Source: Octopus sinensis
Taxonomy: Eukaryota
NCBI RefSeq assembly: GCF_006345805.1
Contig: NW_021833815.1
Span: 1-64,000, forward strand
Direction: 5' to 3'
DNA length: 64,000 nucleotides
Part shown: one piece after another, positions 13,791 through 28,085 of the stretch
Numbering within the stretch: position 1 is the first letter of the stretch
Layout: each line of letters opens with the position of its first letter
The notes under the pieces: generated by a model
The model's database searches: none
What the model was told of the DNA's origin: nothing
What the model saw: the letters and a program-made list of their open reading frames with translations, nothing else
Made by a program: the position numbers and the translations under genes

Positions 13791-13987
13791 TATATGTACC
13801 TGTGTGTATACACTCACTTTTCTGCTCTCACATGACGGGGACAATGGACAATTACCCTGTCACCTTGTCACATATACACCCGCCGTACCTTTACATATAT
13901 ATAACTTTATCCAGTAACTTTTTTTTATTAACCGCTATTAACTTATTTTCATCTCTCCCTGTTTTTCATCCACCTCACTCTCCTCCC

Positions 13988-14390
<403 letters not shown>

Positions 14391-14481
14391 TATCAATCTA
14401 CAAACACGCATGTACGTGTGGATATGAGTCTGTGTCCATGTGTATGTGTGTGTGTGCGTGTTTGTGCGTGTATAAGTATGT

Positions 14482-14582
<101 letters not shown>

Positions 14583-14684
14583 GTATGCATATACCTGTGT
14601 ACGTGCGTGTGTGTATGCATCAACTATATATATATGAATCATTCTATCTATCCACCTCTCTCTATATATATATATATAATTCTG

Positions 14685-14715
<31 letters not shown>

Positions 14716-15289
14716 AAAATTTTTTTTTTTTTTAATCTTTTGCCTAATTTGCATTAGAATTGAGTGAAAGTTTTTTTTCCTTTCCGGTAACTCCGTTTGC
14801 TGCTATAGGAGGAGGTTGAATGACTGGCATCGCCCAGTGTGTCTGATTGACAACCAGAATAATAGTAGGTAGGTCACACATGTGTCAGCACAATTTCTAA
14901 TCTCTCTCCTTTCATAACGGACAATCCTCCTACTACTACTCTTCGTACTCTTACTACTCACTTACTTACTCCTCACATGTTACTCTGTTGCACAACATTC
15001 GAAGATTACTGCAACAACAACAACAATAAACAATACAGCATGGACACGTGTCTTCATTGTCTGTCTCTCTCTCTCCCTCTTTTTCTCTTTCTCTATTTCT
15101 CATTCTCTTTCTCTCTCTCTATGTTCGGTAGTCTGTGTGCGTAACTATTTCTATTATCACACACACACGCACACACATAAAACGCATACACAAACACGCA
15201 CGCACACACACACACATATATGTATATGTATGTATGCATGTGTATATGTATGGTTGTATGTATGTATATATGTGAATGAGTATAGGTGT

Positions 15290-15526
15290 GTAACTTTATA
15301 TATATATATATAAATATGTATATAAATATATATATATGTATATATATATATGTAATATATATATATAATATACATATATTATATATATATAGAGAGAGAT
15401 TATATGCATATATATACACATATATAAATATACACGCACATGCAAGCAGACATACACACACGTATATGATGTATATAGCATCAATACTTTTCTCGTAAAT
15501 ATGTATATATATATACATATATATAA

Positions 15527-15604
<78 letters not shown>

Positions 15605-15609
15605 GTATA

Positions 15610-15665
<56 letters not shown>

Positions 15666-15730
15666 ATATATATATATATCTATATATATAATATATATAT
15701 ATATATATTATATATATATACATATATATG
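15290..15730. repeat. Long interrupted (TA)n array, one of dozens in the window
   Basis: Direct reading. Confidence 0.98.
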
Positions 15731-16027
15731 AAGTTGAACATACTTTTGCATGTATGTGTCTATATGTACGGTATATATCAATCTTTTATATATTTAATTC
15801 TATATACACGCATAATTCTATATACACGCGGCCATACGTAGAGACAGACTCTCACATAAATATATATATATGCATTTTAGATATTTTTTTAAGGTGCAAA
15901 CCTATGTGATGTACAGAAATATATATATATATATATATTTGTCTATATTCGGAGGTTGTAGATATATAACTTTGACACACATAAATATTGTAATTGAAAT
16001 AGGTGTTAGCATGTATGTATATGTGAT

Positions 16028-16091
<64 letters not shown>

Positions 16092-17224
16092 TGTTTGTGC
16101 GTATGCGTGTATGTGCGCGCGGGAGAAGATGTACGGTGTCTTTTGACTAGCTATCCTTAGTGTGAAAAGTAAGCAAATTGTTTAAAGCAAAGGCTTTATG
16201 TTTCTGTGGACAGAAAAAGGGAAGAGTCAAACGAGTTTCTTGATTTATGAAAGCTTCGTCAGAGAAAAATTAGCCATCTTCCGTCCATTGAGATCATTCT
16301 TAAGCTGTAACAATTTAAAGAATCTAGAAACTTGTAGAGGACTAAATTAGCCCACCTGGTTTGCACAACAGTGCGTGCGCAGAAGATCTTGTTGTAGATT
16401 GCGCTATTCATTGTGATGTGTGTGTGTGTGTGTGTTATATATGTATATTACGTAAGTCCGAAGTTCCTGAAACAGCTGTCGTTTTAAAAAAATACGTATT
16501 CTCTTCTTAGTTTTCTGTAATTTTTGTGCTCTGTGTAAATATATTTGTACACACACACATATGTATGTATATATGCATGCATATATGTGTTAATCGTTTT
16601 TGAATATATTCAGATATATGTGTCTATGTGTAACTATATACCTGTCTATCTGTCTGTCTGTATATCCGTCTGTCTGTCTGTGTGTATGTACGTTTGTCTG
16701 CGTGAAGCTTAACTATGTTTATCGGTATCACTGACACACACACACATGCACACGCACACATCCACACACGCATATTTGTGTCATCCTTAAATGATGACCT
16801 ATTCTTGTACCTTACACCTCTCCGTGTTCGATAAGGAATTGGCTCTGCTTCCCTCTAATATCATTTCCTGTTATACCTGGAGCTGCCCCGAACCACCCAT
16901 CCCCCGACTTGTTCTCCCCGACTTATGGGCATTCTTTCTTTTCATTTTTATGTTTCACATTGTTATTGTTTTTTATTGTTATCTATTCGTAAAGTGTTGT
17001 TGTTCTTCTCCTTATTGCTGCTCTCACCTTTATATTTTACTAAACACTGTCTTCTCTTCCTCCCTTTCCCCCCCTCTATCTCTCTCTCTCCCTCTCTCAC
17101 TGTATGTACCTGTGTTCCTTATTGATACTGTCTCCAGTTTCTTGTGTCTTTTGGAGCAATAAAGGACAGTATGTGATAATGTACGGTACCAGTAACATTA
17201 GAATGGGTGTTACATAAAGATTAA

Positions 17225-17562
<338 letters not shown>

Positions 17563-18149
17563 GTGGTCTATAGATCAGTAAGTGCAAAAAGATGAGGACA
17601 AAGATGTGAGATGAAGCTGCGACCAGTGACAGTGTTGTATTTAGCGCGAAACTGTTAAGATCACGTGGTCGAGGAAGATCTCTGAAGCATAAAGTACACA
17701 GTCAGCCATGTGGAAATATGGCGATCGCATGTAGCACAGACTCACGTACTTGCTCTATCACATGTTGGTCCCATGTGCTATTGGCTGGACTGCTGTACCA
17801 GGCCAACTTCTCACGACCTCTGAGGGCCTCTTGGCAGGAATGCCAGATCAAGAATTAGGGACAGGTCAGCCCTGATCGAGCAAAACCTCGATAAAAGATG
17901 ATTCAGCCGTGACTGATTCAACCCATGGTAAATTTTGTCAAAAACAATGCCCAGGGATGGCAACAAGTGGGATATCTTTTATCAATAATGTACTTTTTCA
18001 GGGTCCACCTGCAGATAAACAACTGCAACAAATTATGTCTCTCACCAAATAAACCCCAGCAACTTCATCACTTTGGCTGGTAATTAGTTGGGTTCGTCAT
18101 CGTCCAGTTGGCCCCTCACAAAATATCTGTCTGTCACAACCGCTTCTAT

Positions 18150-18520
18150 CACCCAGTGTCTATGAAACTGGAAGTGCTGCTTGGTTGCATATCCATAGCA
18201 CTTGATTCCCGCTCTACATGAAAATTCACCCTAAACCTGACCTCTCTGATCCACAACGGCCGCTATTTCATGTTCACTGTGACGCTGTTGCGTTTCTTAC
18301 CGCTATATTCCCCATAACTGACGTTGACTCTTTAATGTCAAGAGGTTCTTATGGTCGTCACACCGACACCAAAGCAATTCACATCAAAATCACCATCAAC
18401 GGCAATGTCTGAAGTGTTTCATACCCGGCCGTGTACGTCTATACAAAACTCTTTCACTTTTAGTTCCCCACAATTTGTGTCTCCAGCAACGATTACTTTC
18501 TACTCAATACCCTGACATTA
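18150..18520 (+). mobile_element. Possible highly degraded L2/CR1-group LINE ORF2 end
   Basis: Fragments reading like QRPLFH...FYRY and RPCTSIQNSF across frameshifts; weak, judged by eye only. Confidence 0.3.
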
Positions 18521-18620
18521 ACGAATAACTCCCTTCCCGTAAGTTTCATTGTTGGTAGATTGTAGTCTGCCAATCTCTCTCTCTCTCTCTTTCTTTCTCT
18601 GTGTATATATATATATAGAT

Positions 18621-18697
<77 letters not shown>

Positions 18698-19288
18698 CTA
18701 GCTTAAGGTGACCCGTCCTACGCGCGGGTAAGAGTGTGGTATATATATAAATGTATACAAATTATATATATATAAATACAGATATATACACTTTGTATAT
18801 ATACATTATATATACATATTTATATATAGAACACACACATACACACACACACACACACATATTTAAATTAATTCAATAAATATCTGATTCATAATATTTG
18901 TTCTCATGATTGTGTGGTGGTTGTGGCGATGATAATTCTCTCTATGAATGCAGACAGACGTAGAGAGAGAGTGTGAAAGCGCTGTCGAAGGTGGCAGGGG
19001 AAGATATAGGACGCTGTGAAACGACGTTATAGAGAGAAAGTGAAGGGAAGGGAGGAAAGAGAGAGAAACGGAGGAAGACAGATACATAAAAGAATGAGAG
19101 GAGACTTGTCAAAATGTGCGTTTTTCGCCCTAGTAACCACACCTTTTAAGATAGGGATTTCTAACCTAGCCCACTCCCATGCTCATCTCATTTTACATGT
19201 CCCTGTAAATTTTGGAGTCAATCCGATGGGATCTAGTGGCCTTTAACCCGATCCAAACTTTTCGCATTTCAGAATTATAACATAGAGA
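18698..19288 (-). mobile_element. Non-autonomous Helitron (~590 bp)
   Basis: On the minus strand it starts A|TCTCTATGTTATAA (19288) and ends CTAG|T (18701-18698). Subterminal GC hairpin ACCCG-N9-CGGGT (18711-18729) lies ~9 nt from the CTAG. No TSD; internal TA/CA/GA repeats; splits a (GATA)n array. Confidence 0.8.
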
Positions 19289-19341
19289 TAGATAGGTAGA
19301 TAGATAGATAGATACATATAGATATAAATATAGATATAGAT

Positions 19342-19500
<159 letters not shown>

Positions 19501-19568
19501 TTATAACAAAAGCACACACCTTGTGGTTTTCATAAAATCTTCACGCTCTTTCACATGGTCCGTGTGTG

Positions 19569-19606
<38 letters not shown>

Positions 19607-19945
19607 TGTGTGTGCGTGTGTGTGTGTGTGTTATCAGTTCTATCTAACTCAATATTTAATGTTTTCTCACATAACTCTAGTTTTGATAGTTTTTTCTTTT
19701 TCCTTTTCATGGCCACCTTTTAATTCCTCCTCACCTGACGCCAAGTTCTTCCCTTCATGCCAAATGCGGTGGCTTCTCTCATTTACCTTTTAATCGACCT
19801 CGTTAATTCTTTCTTGTTTCTTTACTCCTCATATTACCTGATAATTTATCACGCACACACACGCACATACACACGCACGCACACGCACATACACACACAC
19901 CACAAGCTACACTTGCAGAAATTCTCACTCTCTCCTCTCTCTCTT

Positions 19946-19985
<40 letters not shown>

Positions 19986-20858
19986 GCTTTCTTCAAAATC
20001 TCTCCAGTTCCTGACTCTTTCAACATGTTTAATTACCAGCAATTTCCATTATGAGCACCATAAACTCCATAAATTCTGCGGTTAAGGAATCCGAACCAAA
20101 GTCATTTCCTGTAAGACCTGGAATAAATTTCAATCCACAATCATCATCGAATCTGTTCTCGTTGTGTTGCGAAGTATCAGTTGGCCGACATAACCACACG
20201 TTTAACTCGTAAAAATATGTCAGTAAAGTTAATCCTTACCCGTGTTATTCTATGGAATTGATTCTTAATCCCATTAAATATATTTTTATCTTTAATCCTG
20301 TCAATAAATTTGATCTCTCTTTCATCGCTTCTAAATCCATTTTGTTGTTCCGAATTCATTTCAACTGTTTTTCTTTCTTTTCTTTCTCTCTAGTTTCCTC
20401 ATTACATAGGGAACGTTAATCGCGTTCAGGGACGACACCATAAACAATAAACAAACAACTGCATTAATATAAATAAATAAATAATGGTTGTAGTTCTAAG
20501 CTTTGTTTTCTATATTGGTCGTTAAACTCTTATTTCTAAAATATGATAAAAAATTCTAGTGAAATAATCGATAACTAAAGCTATATCACCCGTAAAATCA
20601 AAAGTATTCGAACGAAAATAAAGAATAATTTCAAATAATTCACACTGCAACGCACATTTTCCTCCTCTTCCTCCTCCTCATTATCATCGTCGTCATCATC
20701 TTCATCATCGTCTTCCTTCTTCTTCGTCGTTGGCGTTACCACCTCCACCACCACCACTGCAATAAAACGTGATGTCATTTATCACCGATGATTTCTTCCA
20801 AACTGATATTATTAATAAAGGTTTCTTATCGGAATTAATGGTGCACATGAATGCAAAA

Positions 20859-20940
20859 ACTTACCATTCTTCATAGAATATACCATTTTAGAATACTTAC
20901 CATTTTAGAATACTTACCATTTTAGAATACTTACCATTTT
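20859..20940. repeat. 17-bp tandem repeat TACTTACCATTTTAGAA
   Basis: ACTTACCAT at 20895, 20912 and 20929, plus a further copy at 20859. Confidence 0.9.
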
Positions 20941-21288
20941 TTAAGGACTTTTATTTTACTATAAGCCAAACAATTCTACCTTATTTTAAATCAACACCAT
21001 TCTCAATATCATTATTTGCCATGGTTGTTGACTGGAAGCTAAGAAAGCAAAGTTGATCTCGGCAGGAGTTGAACCCAAAACGTAGACTTCAGTAACTAAA
21101 TAACACTAACCAATGTTTTGTCAAATATTTAACGGTTTTGCTAATCTCTTAACCTTTTTTTAGAATTAGATTAATAGGGAATCTTAGGAAACCTGGGGAT
21201 ACTCGACACATTTCTAAAGACAACCAATTATATTGAAGATCAAACCGAAATTTCCAAAGACTAAAAGAGCATCTAGCAACATCATGTT

Positions 21289-21600
21289 TTGTCCAGTTGG
21301 GTAAATAGAGGTTTTTTCATTGAAACCACTGTCGTAGCCGATGGGAATGCATCGCAGCTCTTCGCGCTGGCGTTTGAAACTCTGAGTACTATTATGACAA
21401 CCGCGTGTGTACCGTTGGCGATTTTTTTCCTCCGTCTTCCCTTCTTTGGATCTTTCCTTTTCCTATGTTTCTGACGAAGAGCTCCGCTCGAAACGTTAAA
21501 CCCTCTTTCCTTCTTTCCTGAGCGTCCAATAATACTATATTTGTTCCACGTCCTCGCGTTGTTGTGTTTTCTCTTTGTGTTTTCATGGTTGGATTAACTA
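21289..21600 (+). mobile_element. Penelope-like (PLE) terminal remnant or non-autonomous derivative, abutting (TA)n
   Basis: Contains a minimal hammerhead motif embedded in pyrimidine-rich sequence and ends GGATTAACTA directly before a TA microsatellite. The 5' boundary is approximate. Confidence 0.65.
21467..21501 (+). ncRNA. Minimal type I hammerhead ribozyme motif (PLE-type)
   Basis: GTTT (stem I) CTGACGA A GAGC-TCC-GCTC (stem II) GAAA CG TT AAAC (stem I'). Palindromic ACGT could form stem III in a dimer; predicted cleavage after GUU (21497). Confidence 0.75.
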
Positions 21601-21622
21601 CATATACATATATATATATAAT

Positions 21623-21675
<53 letters not shown>

Positions 21676-21826
21676 GAGTATGTGTGTGTATATATATTAC
21701 ACATATATGAATATATGGATATACATTTGAGTGTGTATGTTTATGTATATTATATTTTGTAAATACATATGTATACATATATATTACACATATAGACATA
21801 TATATATGTATATATATTTGTATATA

Positions 21827-21880
<54 letters not shown>

Positions 21881-21881
21881 G

Positions 21882-21935
<54 letters not shown>

Positions 21936-22453
21936 CATACATATATCATATATATGCGCGCACATGTGTGTGTATGCGCTAGTGTGTATACATCTGCGTG
22001 TGTGTGTGTTTTTGTGCATATGTGGGTAGTAATATTCCGTGTAAGTGTTGAAGTGGAAGTCGTGTGTATGGTTCTCAAATTGTATTTGTACATCGAGGAG
22101 TTAAAAAATAAAATAAAATAAAATCTATGGAAACCTAAACAAATTAAGATATTAAAAACCAAAAGTGATTAACCCTCACCCGAAGCCCTCAATAAGTTCA
22201 AAAAACGACATTTTACGTGAATCTGATAACTATTTCATAACCAGGTGACAACCAGCTCACATCCGACAACAAGTCTGCTCTATTTGTCGACAATATGTCG
22301 CTCGTTCCGTATTTCTATCGCCAACAGAAACCGTTCAGTTATTTAAGAGATTTCAACTCACAAATCTGATGGCGGTTCCATTGTTTTAACAGGGATTCTC
22401 CTTATTCCGTTCGCTACGGCTGTTGTAGTTGTTGTTGTTGTTATTGCTGTTGC

Positions 22454-22555
<102 letters not shown>

Positions 22556-22940
22556 CTACTTCCTCCATTCCACCACCACCACCACGACCCCCAAAAGCCG
22601 TGTCACCGTATTTATGTCTTTTAAATATTTCATCCTCTTTAACAAATTCCTCTCAAATCTCTCGGCCGGATGTCAAACGCTTCAAATCGACGCGCGAGCA
22701 AATATTAAGTCTTTTGCTTCACATATATTCCTAGACACACACACACATACACACACACATACATATGCGCACATATACATCACCACACACACACACATAC
22801 ACACACACACACATATACACACACATATATGTATACTCACATGTTTACATGCATACATATATGTGTGTGTCTATACATATATATATATACTTAAATATAT
22901 ATACATATATATATATATAGACATATATACAAATATATAT

Positions 22941-23003
<63 letters not shown>

Positions 23004-24005
23004 GCTCGCGCGCGCATAGGATTTCGCTCTGTAAAGACGTACTTAGTTATTCGACCAGCGGGGAAATTGGCTGAAAATTCCAAAGACTGTCAAGCAGAAA
23101 CGACAACAACTAAAACAATGAGACAAGTGAGACCTTTGAAGTTCGGGCTTCTACACAGTTTCCATCACGTGGTTTAACTTTTCCTGGGGGTGAAGGAACC
23201 TGCCCGACGTGTCATGAGGGGGGATCGAACTGGAATTTCGTTGTTGAGAAGAAAATTAATTAAGCGGTCAGAGATACCAGTCGACACACACATATATGTA
23301 TACACACGCACTCGCAGCTATACACACACATACACACACATATCTATAGGTATATATATATATAGCATAAGTACCAGCTTTTAAAAACAATAAGTCCTGG
23401 AGACGATTCATTCGATTAAAAATTCTTCGAGGCGGTGCCCCAGCATGGCCGCAATCTTAAGTAGTCGTTGAGACTGTTGGAAAGAGCAGTTAAATCTCAC
23501 TCAAATCCCTCGTTATTGTCTCACAAAAGTAAAAAGACATTGCGAAATGTTATTAGTATTCTTTCTAGAACTTAGTTAAGGTGGGCATGGTTGGATCATT
23601 TCTGGGATGTGTTCGACCAAGCGCTGACCCGCAGCTAAACAACTACATCTACAATATCAGCATTAGATATATGCTTTCTTTTATTCGTTTATATGTTTCA
23701 GCCCTAAGGCTATGGCCATGCTGGGGCAGCGCATATATATATTCATATATATAAAATGAAATCTCTTAATCCAGAAGTCACAAGAGATTATGCTTTTGTT
23801 TATTTGTTTCCTTCTGGGAACAGCGACAGACTTCTTTTAAGAAGATAAACCTGAAGAGAATGGTGTACATTATTCCTCTTGTTTGCTGTCAATCAATTCT
23901 TAGAATATACTCTATTGAAGTGACTCACGGTTCAAACAGGAACTACTGTAGATTTTGTGGTTGTTTTTTGAGTGGACGATGTCAAGATTGTGTTAAGATC
24001 ATGTC

Positions 24006-24047
<42 letters not shown>

Positions 24048-24142
24048 TTAATAATAATAATGATGATCATGATGATCATGATGATCATGATCATGATGAT
24101 CATGATCATGATGATCATGGTGGTGGTGGGGGTGATGATAAT

Positions 24143-24430
24143 CACTTGCAATTTGAAATTGCAAGAATTTAGAATATGAAAACTGTAAAGGTTGGGCCTA
24201 TAATAATTGGTGCATTGGGAACTGTAAGCAAAGATATGGAGAAATGGTTGAAAGATATTGGAATATAATGTCCTGTAGAGTTTCTGCAGAAGGTTTGCCT
24301 CTTAAGGACATGAAAAATTATCAGGAGGGTTCTAAGCACTCGAAAGACTATTGAAAAATTGTGTATACCTAGGGTTACAGGTAGTAACCCGCTACCCACC
24401 CAAACCTTGCCAGGAATAAGTCAAATCAAT
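24143..24430 (+). mobile_element. 3' fragment of a Dong/R4-like (RLE-clade) non-LTR retrotransposon
   Basis: Manual translation LQFEIARI*NMKTVKVGPIIIGALGTVSKDMEKWLKDIGI*CPVEFLQKVCLLRT*KIIRRVLS matches the R4/Dong C-terminal pattern (VxPxxIGALG...LQKxxLLGTxxIxRxVL). Flanked by TAA/GAT-type repeats. Confidence 0.8.
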
Positions 24431-24458
24431 AATAACAATGATAATAATACTGATGATG

Positions 24459-24950
24459 ATTTCCTTTATTAGCCACAAGGGTATAGGTGAGGGTTACATC
24501 ACAAAGACAGTCTACAATTTGTGTTGTGGTTTACATAAAAGATGCGGGGTAAGAAATCGGTTAAATGAGATGGAAGTAAACATAGAAAGATGCCGTCCTC
24601 CTGATACAGGAGAAACCCCAACTAGGGCCAAACAAGGAACGCCACAAACCCAGGACTACACTGACCACCAAAGGCACGAACCCACTCCCAAATGTTGCCC
24701 TCCAATCTATAGGTGCATGTTTAGAGTAAGTCCATTTACTTCAACTGTTTTTGCCGTAGTTATCCACTTTTTCGCAAAGTCACTGGGAGAAAACATTTCC
24801 ATCTCCATCCTCACTTTCTTTTCCAAGTAGAACTTAAGAAAGTTAATGAGATCTTAACCGAAGAAGAAGAAGCTGTCTTTCCTCAGTCCTTTCAGCCTCG
24901 TCTACCACATAACCTCTTTTGTCCCTTGGGCGAAGGACACCGCCTGCCCT
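24459..24950 (-). mobile_element. 3' fragment of an L1/Tx1-like LINE (ORF2 end plus 3' UTR)
   Basis: Minus-strand translation KEVMW*TRLKGLRKDSFFFFG*DLINFLKFYLEKKVRMEMEMFSPSDFAKKWITTAKTVEVNGLTLNMHL* resembles Tx1-type ORF2 ends. The element ends in CCCTTGTGGCTAATAAAGGAAAT followed by (CAT)n. Confidence 0.6.
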
Positions 24951-25461
24951 GTCTTGTGCGTGTTCCTCAGTAGCTCTCTCGATCCGAGATAAAATCAAAG
25001 TCGATCTCAGCAGAATTTGAGTTCAGGGCGTGAACTGAATCATAATGTGTTATATACGTCGGCGAAACTTCGAAGTCACTGGCAACAAAATGATTAAGAT
25101 TCTATACTCCGTTATTGAGTTCGTTTTGCAGTTGATGTTTATTGTCTTTATGAAAATATTCTTTTCAAAGACATACATACACACATGCACACCTATACAT
25201 CCTTAACTAAATGTATATACATACCATAGATAAGTTTGTGTGTCTTTGCATGCTTCTGTATATACGCTTGTGTATGTATGTATGTATGTATGTTTGCATG
25301 CATGTACGCATGTATGTGTATGTGCATATATATGTATGTGTGTATATGTGTATAGAGAGAGAACGAGAGAGAGAGAAGGAGAGAGATAGAGAAAGAGAAA
25401 AAGAGAGAGAGGGAAAGATAGAGTAGAAATGGGGGGGGGTTCTATGTAACAATGTTCATAC

Positions 25462-25543
<82 letters not shown>

Positions 25544-26049
25544 TGAAATATCTGTTGTTTGATATGCAGATATGAATAAATATTCAGTTAGTCTCTTTCT
25601 CTGTTTGTTCCTCTCACTCTCTCTCTCTCTATGTATATATACATAGACGATAGAAGTAGACTAAGATGAAAGGCCTCCCCTCCAGGGACATAATAAAACT
25701 CCGCCAATATATTTTCCTTACAACAAACAATACAATATTATGCTTTGTTTGTTTTCCACAAATTCCTGAAGTGTTAATAATTTTCTTAAATTTTATTGTT
25801 GCACAAATTTGGACTTTATTATACTCACTACCATTGCTCTACATATATTACATTATATTATATTATATTATATTATTTTATATTATATTATATGTATATT
25901 ATATTATATGTATATTACATTTATATATGCTATTTCATTATCTAAGCAACTATTGTCTATACACTATATACATACCTTACTGTGTATATGATGCATTGTG
26001 TTATATCATTGTGGTCCTGATACTGTAGTATGCACGCCAATAAGCTCTA

Positions 26050-26272
26050 TGCTCTATTATCTTTTGTTGTGACCCCCTTCGGTCACGACACTGACCATGG
26101 GATTGCACCTAGAAAGTTACCCTCCGAGGCACAGGTCTGGGCAAGGTTGTTTATGGAAGACCAGCAGTCGCCCATGCATACCGGCCTCCCCTCTTCACCC
26201 CACCAGTATTATCCAAGGGAAAGGCAAAGGGTCCGATACAGCTTGGCACCAGTGACGTCGCAGCTCATTTAT
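26050..26272. mobile_element. Interspersed retroposon fragment (possibly RTE-related); older homolog at ~61100-61300
   Basis: GGCAAGGTTGTTTATGGAAGACCAGCAGTCGCCCATGC...CCAAGGGAAAGGCAAAGGGTCCGATACAGCTTGGCACC aligns by eye with 61175-61290 (TGTTGCCCATGC...GAAGGGCAAACGGCTGATATGGTTTGGCA). Confidence 0.55.
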
Positions 26273-26273
26273 T

Positions 26274-26552
26274 AACGTGCAAGTGGCTGAGCACTCCACA
26301 GACACGTGTACCTGTAACGTAGTTCTCGGAGAGATTCAGCGTGACACAGAGTGTGACAAAGCTGGCCCTTTGAAATACAGGTACAACAGAAACAGGAAGA
26401 AAGAGTGAAATTTGTGGTGAAAGAGTACAGCAGGGTTCACCACTTTAGGTGTTTTCGCTTAATAAACAATCACAATGCCAGGTCTAGGAATCGAAACCGC
26501 GATCATACGACCGCGAGTTCGCTGTTCTAACCACTGGGCCATTGCGCCTCCA
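26274..26552 (-). mobile_element. tRNA-derived SINE (family C; Arg-like head, possibly an octopus OR-type SINE)
   Basis: Minus strand GGAGGCGCAATGGCCCAGTGGTTAG (A-box)...GATCGCGGTTTCGATTCCTAG (B-box). Confidence 0.8.
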
Positions 26553-28036
26553 CTATTATACACGCTACTATATACACCATTATACGCTTTATCAGTGGTC
26601 TTTGTGCTATATTATACCCACTACTAATGGTCTACATAGTGTTTTGCACATTACTTTTGATCGGCGCACTTCCCTCGCACACACACACACACACACTGCT
26701 ATTATCTAAACGCTGTTTTCTGATGAACTAATGACGGCTTTTACATGGCCTATACATTATATTATAGATTGTTGATCTATATAAATCCACTGCACTATAC
26801 ACACAACTTGTTATACCACAGAACTCAATAATAACCAATTAACTAACTTAATTACAATCCTTTCATTCTGTCCTCCTTCTCAAAACTTTCAAACTGTTCC
26901 TCCATATTTTATTTCTCTTACTTTCCGTTTATTTCCATTTACTTCCGTTCACATTTGTTTAATTCCGTTTACTTAATATTTATTTTTGTTTATTACTGTT
27001 CACCCCGCAAGAAACGTCATCAAAAATGAACTCTGTGTTTTTTTATTAAACGATTTAAATCATGGATTAGGGTTGAGAGATCGATTTTTCATTGACCTGT
27101 CTTTATAAATGACCGACTCTGGCGTTAGAAAGGACCATAAAGGGTCAAGCTGAACAGTGGCGAGCTGTGAGGAGGGAAAGAAAAGGAGAGAAAGTTTCAA
27201 TCGCTGAAGAACAAATTCTCTTTTTAAGGTTTTTTGTCCGAAACTTTAGATACATCAAAATGTCAGTGAGAAACGACCGATGAGGATGTTCTGGTGATAG
27301 CTGTGTGAATGTGGATTTTGTGATAAACAAAGCATCTAAGTGGAAAGGCATGTCAGCCACCACACATATCCTGTTACCAAAGAAATTTCCAATCTGAGTG
27401 AGATTAGATAATTCTGAGTTTGAGTAGGAGATCCAGAGTTTCTCTTCTGAGTTTCTTCTCAAGGACAATCAGCTATCAATTTTATAGTGCTCCCGCTGCT
27501 TAAAACGTCTTGCAATAAAGGGAGGGGGTGGGGGTCATTTATGAACACTTTTCACGCAATACAAACCACTCGCTTCTCGGCTGGTTGTCTGCTGCCCAAC
27601 ACCTCATCCCTACATCCAGTCACCCTCCCACTCGCCATTCATAAACTATTTAAATAAAATAAAAACCCAAATAATCCACCGCATGATTGAAGTGAAACAA
27701 ATATCGATCTATTGGCGATCCAGGACCGAGCTTATTTCCATGTTAGTAATTAAACCAATTATGTTCGCTTTGTATAATTACTTTTTACTCATTTGCTGTG
27801 TGTGAAGCTGATTAGTTGTGTGTGTGTGGATGTGTGGGTGTGCATGTGTTATCAATCTAGATATCAAATATTAATGAATATATTGCCGAGTGGAACTGTG
27901 TTTAACTATTAGGCTATAAGGAACTGGGGATGTACTTTATCTCTCTTTCTCTCTCTCTCTCACACACACACACACACGCACACACACACACACACACTCC
28001 TTCTCTCTTTTTTCTTCCTTTCTTTCTCTCACTATT

Positions 28037-28085
<49 letters not shown>

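Noticed and set aside
16289-16311. bantam-like sequence TGAGATCATTCTTAAGCTG
   Set aside because: The 3' half diverges and I see no complementary arm to form a precursor hairpin.
26490-26552. Possible tRNA gene
   Set aside because: A and B boxes are present, but there is no acceptor stem and the sequence continues into a SINE body.
27145-27468. 107-aa ORF in unique sequence
   Set aside because: Non-ATG start, no recognisable homology, and no clear splice signals.
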